27,116 nucleotides of DNA from Nanobdellota archaeon (lineage in GTDB: Archaea; Nanobdellota; Nanobdellia; Woesearchaeales; GW2011-AR9). Below, one piece after another: positions 15,718 through 23,702 of this stretch. The position numbers and the translations under genes are program-made. The number at the start of each line of letters is the position of its first letter. The first letter of the stretch is position 1. The stretch covers positions 1 to 27,116 of the forward strand of contig JBBSWB010000050.1 of the NCBI GenBank assembly GCA_038046465.1. The letters are read 5' to 3'. Below the pieces are notes generated by a model. It was not told the DNA's origin and ran no database searches. It saw only the letters and a program-made list of their open reading frames with translations.

Positions 15718-18700
15718 ATGGAGCAAACACAAGACATTATTACTGAAAAAAGAGGACTGGAAATATCCCGATATTTTACTAAAGAAGGCACTAACCCTTT
15801 TGATTTATGTATTTATGAAGAAAGATCCTCCGTTATTAAAAATCCTGACGGCTCAATTATTTTTCAGATGGACAACGTGGAAGTTCCACGTACGTGGAGT
15901 CAAGTGGCTACGGATATTCTTGCCCAAAAATATTTCCGAAAAACGGGCGTTCCTTTAAAAAATCGCAGCGGCGAACCTTTGCTTGATGAAAATGGAAAAA
16001 TAATTCTGGGAAGTGAGACCAGCATAAAACAAGTCGCCCATAGGATTGCCGGCTGTTGGCGATACTGGGGTGAAAAACATAATTATTTTGCTTCCAAACG
16101 GGACGCAGATATTTTTTATGATGAAATGGTCTTTATGATCATCAACCAATATGCTGCTCCCAATAGCCCCCAATGGTTTACTACCGGACTGAATTGGGCT
16201 TATGGGCATACCGGATTAGCACAAGGACATAGTTACATAAATCCGGTAACTAAGCAATTAGAATATTCTCAAGATGCTTATACGCGCTCCCAGCCCCATG
16301 CTTGTTTTATTCAACATATTGACGACGATTTAGTAAAAGAAGGGGGAATATTTAGTTTATTAGTAAGAGAAGCACGCGTGTTTAAATATGGTGGTGGAAC
16401 GGGAAGTAATTTCTCGCAATTACGGGGAAAAGGAGAAAATCTTTCTGGCGGAGGAGCCAGTTCCGGATTAATGAGCTTTCTTAAAATATTTGATGCTGCT
16501 GCCGGAAGCGTTAAGTCGGGAGGAACAACCAGAAGAGCGGCTAAGATGGTCTGCTTAGATCTTGATCACCCCGAAATTGAAGAATTTATTTGGTGGAAAG
16601 TAAAAGAAGAAGAAAAAGTTGCCGGCTTAGTTGCTGGAAGTAAAATTCTTAAGGAAAAAATTACTAACTTAATTGAAGCAGCTAAGAATAAAGAAAATCC
16701 TCTGGAAGATAAAGAAGTGCAAAGGACTTTGCGCGAAGCAGCTGCAGGAAAAATACCGCTTAATTATCTGGTTCGAGCTTTAGATTTAACCAAACAAGGA
16801 CGCACCTTGCCTTTACGCGAATTTGATACTCATTACGAATCAGAAGCCTATGTAACTGTATCTGGACAGAATAGCAATAATTCGGTTCGCATTCCTAATG
16901 CTTTTTTTGAATGTTTAAACGAAAAAAAGGATTGGAAATTAAAAGCTAGAAGAACTGGAGAAACCCTCAAAGTGATTCCGGCAGAAAAATTATGGAATGA
17001 TATTGGTTATTGTGCTTGGGCTTCTGCTGATCCAGGAGTGCAGTATGATACGACCATCAATGAATGGCATACCTGCCCAGCTGGAGGAAGAATCAACAGC
17101 AGTAATCCTTGCAGCGAATATATGTTTCTCGACGATACCGCTTGTAATTTAGCCTCTCTTAACTTAATTAAGTTTTATGATGAAAATAAAGAAAGATTTG
17201 ATGTGCAGGGATACCGGCAGGCACTCCGGTTGTGGACCATTGCTTTAGAGATTTCCGTGCTGATGGCTCATTTCCCGTCTGAAGAAATTGCCCGAAAGAG
17301 TTACGAGTACCGAACTTTAGGATTAGGATTTGCCAATATCGGAGCTTTGCTGATGATCCAAGGCGTGCCTTATGATAGTGATAAAGGGAGAACAATTTCG
17401 GCAGCCTTAGCCGCAATAATGACTGGTGAGAGTTATGCTACTTCCGCAGAGATGGCTGGTATTCTGGGTACGTTTGAACGATTTGAAGAAAATAAAGAAG
17501 CTATGCTGCGAGTAATCAGAAATCATCGCCGCGCCGCATATGGTGAAAAAAATTATGAAACCCTGCAAGTAAAACCTATCGCTCTTGACCAATATGTTTG
17601 TCCAGTAGAATTATTAGAAGCTGCGCGCAATGCGTGGGATAGAGCTTTGCGATTAGGTGAACAGAAAGGGTTTAGAAATGCTCAGGTAACTGTTATTGCT
17701 CCAACTGGAACCATCGGTTTAGTAATGGATTGCGACACTACTGGCATTGAACCTGATTATGCTTTAGTAAAACACAAAAAGCTGGCCGGCGGTGGATTTT
17801 TTAAAATTGTAAACCAATCTGTACCCAAATCCTTGAAACGATTGGGTTATGATAAAGAACAAATAAAAGAAATCATTATTTATTGTTTAGGGCATGGTTC
17901 TTTGGAAAAATGCCCAACCATCAATCCGGAATCACTGTTAAATAAAGGCCTGCGTTTAGAAGAAATAAAAAGAATTGATGCCGAACTAAAAAATGCCGTC
18001 GATATTCGCTATCCTTTTAACCGCTGGACTTTAGGTGAAGAAACTTACTGTCGGATCATGCAGGGAAAATCAGTAGATCTGCTTACCGCTTTAGGATATT
18101 CTTCCGCAGAGATAGACTTAGCCAATGAATATGTCTGCGGCACTAATACGATAGAAGGTGCTCCTCATTTAAAAGACGAACATTATCCGGTATTTGACTG
18201 TGCCAATAATTGCGGTAAAAAAGGAAAAAGATTTATCCATCCTTATGGACACTTAAAGATGGTCGCCGCAGTGCAGCCTTTTATTTCTGGCGCTATTTCT
18301 AAAACCGTTAACATGCCTCGGGAATGGAACATTGAACAAATTAAAAAAGTTTATTACGATGCCTGGACGATGATGATCAAAGGAGTTGCTTTATACCGGG
18401 ACGGATGTAAATTATCACAACCCTTGACTTCAAATTTCCAGGAACATTCTTGCTTAACCAAAATATTGCAGGAAAAAGAAGAAAAAAAGGAAACGGAAAA
18501 AACTGTTAAAGAAATTATTAGGAAAAAAGTAAAAGTAGGAGCAAAAACCTTAACTCTTTCTGCAAATCTAAATTCGGGAAAAGTTACGGACATCTCCTAT
18601 AACATTAATGACCTATCTTTAACTCAGCAATTGATGATGAATGCGTTAGTAAACACGATTAGTTTAGGTTTAGGACAAGGTCTTAAACCCGGAGTGATTG

Positions 18701-18966
18701 CTAACAACCTGAAGCTAGATTTAAATTTAGAAGGGCATCCGCTGATCAGCGAATTGCAATCCTTTTTACAGGAGTTTGAAGAAGAGAGCTCTTATGATTC
18801 TTCGAATTTGCCTAAATCTGTTGTAATCAGAGATGCCGAAATTAAAAATCCTGAAACCAAAACCCTTCTGCAAAAAAAATGTTCTTCTTGCGGTGCTGCC
18901 CAACTAAGGCAAAACGGCACCTGCATGCTCTGTGAAGTGTGCGGAGAAACTACCGGGTGCAGTTAA
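15718..18966 (+). CDS. nrdJ: Class II (adenosylcobalamin-dependent) ribonucleotide reductase, long form with Cys-rich C-terminal tail, no ATP-cone
   Basis: 1082 aa. The N-terminus GLEISRYFTKEG...VPRTWSQVATDILAQKYF is typical of long NrdJ. The active-site loop is SNPCSEYMFLDDTACNLASLNL. The C-terminus is CSSCGAAQLRQNGTCMLCEVCGETTGCS. Confidence 0.9.
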   Translation: MEQTQDIITEKRGLEISRYFTKEGTNPFDLCIYEERSSVIKNPDGSIIFQMDNVEVPRTWSQVATDILAQKYFRKTGVPLKNRSGEPLLDENGKIILGSETSIKQVAHRIAGCWRYWGEKHNYFASKRDADIFYDEMVFMIINQYAAPNSPQWFTTGLNWAYGHTGLAQGHSYINPVTKQLEYSQDAYTRSQPHACFIQHIDDDLVKEGGIFSLLVREARVFKYGGGTGSNFSQLRGKGENLSGGGASSGLMSFLKIFDAAAGSVKSGGTTRRAAKMVCLDLDHPEIEEFIWWKVKEEEKVAGLVAGSKILKEKITNLIEAAKNKENPLEDKEVQRTLREAAAGKIPLNYLVRALDLTKQGRTLPLREFDTHYESEAYVTVSGQNSNNSVRIPNAFFECLNEKKDWKLKARRTGETLKVIPAEKLWNDIGYCAWASADPGVQYDTTINEWHTCPAGGRINSSNPCSEYMFLDDTACNLASLNLIKFYDENKERFDVQGYRQALRLWTIALEISVLMAHFPSEEIARKSYEYRTLGLGFANIGALLMIQGVPYDSDKGRTISAALAAIMTGESYATSAEMAGILGTFERFEENKEAMLRVIRNHRRAAYGEKNYETLQVKPIALDQYVCPVELLEAARNAWDRALRLGEQKGFRNAQVTVIAPTGTIGLVMDCDTTGIEPDYALVKHKKLAGGGFFKIVNQSVPKSLKRLGYDKEQIKEIIIYCLGHGSLEKCPTINPESLLNKGLRLEEIKRIDAELKNAVDIRYPFNRWTLGEETYCRIMQGKSVDLLTALGYSSAEIDLANEYVCGTNTIEGAPHLKDEHYPVFDCANNCGKKGKRFIHPYGHLKMVAAVQPFISGAISKTVNMPREWNIEQIKKVYYDAWTMMIKGVALYRDGCKLSQPLTSNFQEHSCLTKILQEKEEKKETEKTVKEIIRKKVKVGAKTLTLSANLNSGKVTDISYNINDLSLTQQLMMNALVNTISLGLGQGLKPGVIANNLKLDLNLEGHPLISELQSFLQEFEEESSYDSSNLPKSVVIRDAEIKNPETKTLLQKKCSSCGAAQLRQNGTCMLCEVCGETTGCS

Positions 18967-19089
18967 GAGTTTTAGCATAAATTCAACTAAAAAACCTAAA
19001 TTTTTTATATCAGACTAGTTTTAAACATATTTATAAGGCCCTTGGTAAGCTTATTTAGGAGCTTTTTATGGGCCTATTTGATATCAAAA

Positions 19090-21189
19090 ATGACTGAAGA
19101 AAAAGAAAAAACACCCGTATCTGAACCGACTGAAATTAAAAAAATAATCAAACGAGATGAAAAAATAGTCGACTTTGATGTAGAAAAAATTAAAGAAGCA
19201 ATTTCTCAGGCAATAGAATCAGTTGATGAACCAAACCCCAATCTTGCTCATTCGTTAACCCAAGAAGTGGTTAAGCTGTTAAACAAAAATTTTAGCAAGG
19301 CTTCTCCTCCAACCGTTGATGACGTACAAGATTTAGTTGAAAAAGTGTTAATAGAAGAAGGGCAGGCGCAAACTGCTAAAGCATACATCCTTTACCGCCA
19401 CAAAAAAGATGAAGAAAGAGAAAGGAGAGCTTTGATTCTAGGCAAGGAAGAAGCAGGAGAAAATTTAATTTTTTCTAATGAAGCGTTACGAATCCTAAAA
19501 GAGCGTTACTTACTTAAAAATTCGGAAGGGGAAATCATAGAAACACCTAAAGGGATGTTACAACGAGTTGCTAAGAATATTGCTAAAGCAGATGCTATTT
19601 ATGGGGCAGCTAAAGAAGACGTAAAAAAAACTGAAGAAACCTTTTTTAATTTGATGACAGAATTAAAATTCCTGCCTAACTCACCAACATTGATGAATGC
19701 AGGAACAAATAACCAGCAATTGGGTTCCTGTTTTGTTCTGCCGGTAGAAGACGATATGGAAGGTATTTTTAATTCATTGAAACATGCTGCTTTAATCCAT
19801 CAACGGGGCAGTGGAACGGGTTTTTCATTTTCACGATTAAGACCAAAAGGAGATTTTGTCGGTAAAAACGCTGGCGTGGCTGCCGGCCCGGTAGCTTTCT
19901 TGAAAGTTTATGATAAAGCATTGGAAACGATTAAACAAGGAGGGGTTCGTCCCGGTGCAAATATGGCCGTATTGCGGGTGGACCATCCCGACATCATTAG
20001 ATTCATCGAGGCTAAACGTAACCAGCCTTCACTTAAAAATTTTAATCTTTCGGTTGCTGTGACGGATCGATTTATGAAAGCAGTTGAAGCAGATCGGGAA
20101 TATTTTGTAGTAAATCCAAAATCAGACAAATTTGTCGGTAAATTAAGAGCAAAAGATGTCTTTGCTATGATTACTCAAAATGCCTGGAAAACTGGGGATC
20201 CCGGATTGATTTTTATCGACGAGATTAATCGAAAACATCCGGTTAAAAACTTAGGGGAAATTGAAACAACTAACCAATGCGGCGAAGCACCCCTTCTTCC
20301 TTATGAAGGAATCATCTTGGGATCGCTTAACTTAAATAAATTTATCAAATATGATTTGGAGTCTAAACCGGAAGATATTGCTTGGGAAGATTTGCGGGAA
20401 GGAGTACGGGTTGCGGTTCATTTTTTGGATAATGTTATTGATATGAATTCTTATCCTTCTAAAAAAATTGAGGAACAGACTAAAAACACCCGAAAATTTG
20501 GATTGGGAATAATGGGCTTTGCAGACCTGTTAATTAAACTAAAAATAAAATATGATTCTGAAGAAGGTTTAGTTATCGCCGAAAAATTAGTTTCATTTAT
20601 CAAAGAATCAGCATACCAAAAATCATTTGAACTTGCTGAAAAAAGAGGGGTATTTCCGGCCTGGAAAGAATCAGAGCATGAGAAAGCAGGTAAAAAAATG
20701 CGTAATGCTACTTGCCTGTCCATTTCCCCCACTGGAACTATCAGCATTTTAGCGGGAGCTTCTTCTGGCTGTGAACCTCTGTTTGCTATCTCTTATCAAA
20801 GATCGTTGTTGGGGGATAAAGAATTAGTTTACCTTAATGCTGAATTTGAAAAAGTAGCTAAAGAAAAAGGATTTTATTCTTCAGAATTAATTAGGAATAT
20901 TGCTCATGTAGGCAGCGTCCAAGAATTTAAAGATATCCCTAAATCGATTAGAGACGTATTTGTTACCGCTCAAGAAATTAGCCCAGAATGGCACGTAAAA
21001 ATGCAATCTACTTTGCAGAAGCACGTTGATAATTCCATTTCTAAAACCATTAATTTTCCGCATACTGCAGCTATCAAAGATGTTGAAGACGCTTACTTGT
21101 ACGCTTGGAAAGCTAAATGTAAAGGCATCACTATTTACCGTGATGGAAGCTATGAAGACCAAGTAATCAATATTGGCGAGAATAATTAA
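19090..21189 (+). CDS. nrdJ: Class II ribonucleotide reductase, short form with N-terminal ATP-cone, no C-terminal Cys tail
   Basis: ATP-cone pattern IIKRDEKIVDFDVEKIKEAI. Also LPNSPTLMNAG, SCFVLPVEDDM, the active-site TNQCGE and PTGTISILAGASSGCEP. The protein ends ...ITIYRDGSYEDQVINIGENN with no cysteines. ATG 19090 is preferred over the track start at TTG 19042. Confidence 0.9.
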   Translation: MTEEKEKTPVSEPTEIKKIIKRDEKIVDFDVEKIKEAISQAIESVDEPNPNLAHSLTQEVVKLLNKNFSKASPPTVDDVQDLVEKVLIEEGQAQTAKAYILYRHKKDEERERRALILGKEEAGENLIFSNEALRILKERYLLKNSEGEIIETPKGMLQRVAKNIAKADAIYGAAKEDVKKTEETFFNLMTELKFLPNSPTLMNAGTNNQQLGSCFVLPVEDDMEGIFNSLKHAALIHQRGSGTGFSFSRLRPKGDFVGKNAGVAAGPVAFLKVYDKALETIKQGGVRPGANMAVLRVDHPDIIRFIEAKRNQPSLKNFNLSVAVTDRFMKAVEADREYFVVNPKSDKFVGKLRAKDVFAMITQNAWKTGDPGLIFIDEINRKHPVKNLGEIETTNQCGEAPLLPYEGIILGSLNLNKFIKYDLESKPEDIAWEDLREGVRVAVHFLDNVIDMNSYPSKKIEEQTKNTRKFGLGIMGFADLLIKLKIKYDSEEGLVIAEKLVSFIKESAYQKSFELAEKRGVFPAWKESEHEKAGKKMRNATCLSISPTGTISILAGASSGCEPLFAISYQRSLLGDKELVYLNAEFEKVAKEKGFYSSELIRNIAHVGSVQEFKDIPKSIRDVFVTAQEISPEWHVKMQSTLQKHVDNSISKTINFPHTAAIKDVEDAYLYAWKAKCKGITIYRDGSYEDQVINIGENN

Positions 21190-21330
21190 TGCTGAAGAAA
21201 TTAATATTGGATAATAATAAAAAACCTTAAACAAACATACAGATATTAAAGATTATAATTGTTCGTTAATTAGTCGTTACAAAAAATTTAACAAAAAATA
21301 TTTTTAGAAAAACAAATTAAATTTTTAGAG

Positions 21331-21954
21331 ATGAAAGCTGGACAAGTTCATGTTTATACTGGGGATGGTAAAGGAAAAACTACTGCTGCTTTAGGCTTGG
21401 CCTTAAGAGCAGTCGGGCAGGGCTTGAAAGTAGTGATGATCCAGTTTATGAAAGGGGGCAAATATACTGGAGAATATGTTGCTGCTAACAATTATCTTCC
21501 TAATTTTAAAATCTTACAGTTTGGCCGCCCTTGCATCAAGCAGCCAAAACAGCTTAAATTAAGCGGATTTAATCCGGGGCTAACTCAACCAGAACAATTT
21601 AATTCTGTGCACGAAGATATCGATTGCGGCGATTGTAAATATTGTTTTCTTAATGACGACATTCAAAGAGATTATGTTGAAGAAGGTTTTAATAAAGCCT
21701 CAGAATTAATCTTGTCGGGCAAATATGATTTGGTGATATTAGATGAAATTAATTTAAGTATGCACCTCGGATTTATTAATCCCAAATTAGTGCTTAACTT
21801 GATTACCAACAAGCCGGAACTGGTTGAAATTATTCTTACTGGAAGAAATGCGCCTGCAGAAATACTTGCTGCTGCCGATTTGATTACTGAAATGAAAATG
21901 AGTCGGCATTATTATAATACGGGCACTAGCGCCAGAAGAGGAGTTGAGTATTAA
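21331..21954 (+). CDS. cobO: ATP:cob(I)alamin adenosyltransferase (CobA/CobO/BtuR family) with a Cys-containing insertion
   Basis: VHVYTGDGKGKTTAALGLALRAVGQGLKVVMIQFMKG, VILDEINL and IILTGRNAP match the BtuR/CobO pattern. An insertion of about 35 aa relative to E. coli BtuR carries C68, C99, C102 and C105. Confidence 0.85.
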   Translation: MKAGQVHVYTGDGKGKTTAALGLALRAVGQGLKVVMIQFMKGGKYTGEYVAANNYLPNFKILQFGRPCIKQPKQLKLSGFNPGLTQPEQFNSVHEDIDCGDCKYCFLNDDIQRDYVEEGFNKASELILSGKYDLVILDEINLSMHLGFINPKLVLNLITNKPELVEIILTGRNAPAEILAAADLITEMKMSRHYYNTGTSARRGVEY

Positions 21955-22197
21955 AAGGTTTAAGTGAGAGTTAGGATTTTCTAAAACCAAACATTTATTA
22001 ATTAATAAAATTACCTTCTAACCATCTGATTCCTTACTGAGGAAAAAGAGGTGTGTTTTTGAGCAATCTGGGGTTTTGGCTCCAGTAGCTCTTATAAATT
22101 CTTAATTAATTAGTTTTGATTGTTAAGTTTAATGTTACTCTGGATTTTTAGTCTTAATAATAATAATAGAAAAAATTATTAGATTTATTTTTATAAT

Positions 22198-22380
22198 TTA
22201 CGGGTTTATCTTTTTAATTAATTTCTTCAGATGGTCTAATTGCACATGTATCATATAAAGCTTTGTATCAGCTTCCTTAATCTTTCCTTTTTTCATTAAG
22301 CTAATACACTCTGCAATCTCCTGTTGCATCAAATCTATATCGCCTTCTAATTCTTCTTTCTTTCTAAACCATATTGCCAT
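22198..22380 (-). CDS. Small helical hypothetical protein (60 aa)
   Basis: A GGGTGAT SD lies 6 nt before the ATG. The sequence is charged and heptad-like. No family recognised. Confidence 0.4.
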   Translation of the reverse strand: MAIWFRKKEELEGDIDLMQQEIAECISLMKKGKIKEADTKLYMIHVQLDHLKKLIKKINP

Positions 22381-22561
22381 TAATTATCACCCGAGTATAA
22401 AAAATGCGAGAACTTTATAATCCTTTCTTTTTTTATATACACTCAAAAACCCTTGCATCCTATCTCAATAAGCCACAAGAGTAAAACTCTCGCAACTGTT
22501 CAGGTTTTCCTTGCAGCTCTTCGAATTTTTCCCTTATTGTCGAAAAATTGTATAATCCTCA

Positions 22562-23575
22562 TTAATGGGGAGAATAGCCTCCCAGCTGATTTTTGTGGTA
22601 ATTTATGGGCGTGAAAACATTTTCCTTTTTCTCAACCCAGTTTTCTTCTACCAGAAAATTTAAAATTCTGTCCCGAACCAATAGATCAACTTTTGCTTGA
22701 GTAGGATCTTCTTTGTTTATTATTGCCCCATAAACAGTAAAAGTTTCTTCTTTAAAAGGGATTTTAGCACAACCCCAGCAAGTGGGTAAATAAGCAATGC
22801 GGTGCTTTCCATCTTCTCTCTTTTGTTCAATTCTGACCGTTTTATCAAAAAAAGGCGCAGGAACATAACCGGAAATTAAATTACCTTCTTTAGATGCAAA
22901 ATCGTAATCTCCTAACTGGTCGATTAAATCAGCACATCCGATTTCAGAAGCAAAATCTTTTAACCATACTCGTTGAGTATGATTAGCGGGCATCCCGCAT
23001 TGTTTTCCATTTTTCATTGCTTTGCAGACCGGTTTTTTATCGATCTTAACGTTTAATTTCCTTATGACTGCGTCGATATTTCCAAAATTCATATCTCGAA
23101 AATCGTATTCTAATCCAGAAACATATAAAACCAAATCTTTTTCACGAATCCAGGGCAAAAATTCAACAAAATCTTGGGCTGCTCTTTCAGATAAGGTAAA
23201 TAAATTGGCTTCGTCAATTCCCACTGCCAACAAAGGCAAACCTTTACTATGTTCTACTCCGTTATAATTGATTTTAGAGCTGCCCGGACTATTTTTATTT
23301 TGTTCTAAAACATTTAATCTATTTTCTAAATCTTCTTTTAGTTCTTTTATTGAAGATAAAGAAACTGCAGGAAATTTTATTCGTTCATCAATTTGTAAGC
23401 AACCAGAATCGCGGGTATTCAAAGTACTCCCATAAGCGACAACATTAAACCCAGAATGCTTGGCCCGCTCTAATTCGCTAACCAAAGCTTCAGTTTTTCC
23501 TCCGTTCATAGGAGTAAAAAAACCGATAACATAACCTCTTAAACGATCAACCGGAATTTCTTTAATGTCCATCAT
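22562..23575 (-). CDS. tdk: Thymidine kinase (TK1 family)-like protein with insertions and a C-terminal extension
   Basis: An AAGGTGGTGA SD lies before ATGATG. The P-loop TPMNGGKT corresponds to GPMFSGKS in TK1. AVGIDEANLF corresponds to VIGIDEAQFF, and SGLEYDFRDMNF to GLDGDFQRKPF. The zinc cysteines are VCKAMKNGKQCG...TCWGC. The protein is 337 aa, against about 190-230 aa for typical TK1 proteins. Confidence 0.65.
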   Translation of the reverse strand: MMDIKEIPVDRLRGYVIGFFTPMNGGKTEALVSELERAKHSGFNVVAYGSTLNTRDSGCLQIDERIKFPAVSLSSIKELKEDLENRLNVLEQNKNSPGSSKINYNGVEHSKGLPLLAVGIDEANLFTLSERAAQDFVEFLPWIREKDLVLYVSGLEYDFRDMNFGNIDAVIRKLNVKIDKKPVCKAMKNGKQCGMPANHTQRVWLKDFASEIGCADLIDQLGDYDFASKEGNLISGYVPAPFFDKTVRIEQKREDGKHRIAYLPTCWGCAKIPFKEETFTVYGAIINKEDPTQAKVDLLVRDRILNFLVEENWVEKKENVFTPINYHKNQLGGYSPH

Positions 23576-23702
23576 TCACCACCTTTTTTATTAAAAAATA
23601 ATAAATTTATTAGTTAACTTATTAATAAACATTACTAAGCTTTAATTATATTATTGCAAAACCTAAAAAGCTATAAAGCCAAAATTTATACTAATTTGCC
23701 TA

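Noticed and set aside
19036-19075. Inverted repeat AGGCCC...GGGCCT in the leader of the second nrdJ
   Set aside because: It has only 6 bp with a 28-nt loop, which gives weak stability and could arise by chance.
15718-21189. Inteins in the ribonucleotide reductases (common in archaeal RNRs)
   Set aside because: The sequence runs continuously through the conserved RNR blocks. I saw no Cys/Ser-initiated insert ending in HN followed by C/S/T. The extra length of the first NrdJ is explained by the known long-form insertions and the C-terminal domain.
22061-22091. Moderately GC-rich hairpin (gagc..ctgggg-ttttgg-ctccag..gctc) between the convergent cobO and the 60-aa ORF
   Set aside because: The stem is interrupted and short, and it sits where convergent transcripts end. 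It is most simply a transcript 3'-end structure. Nothing suggests an independent RNA gene.
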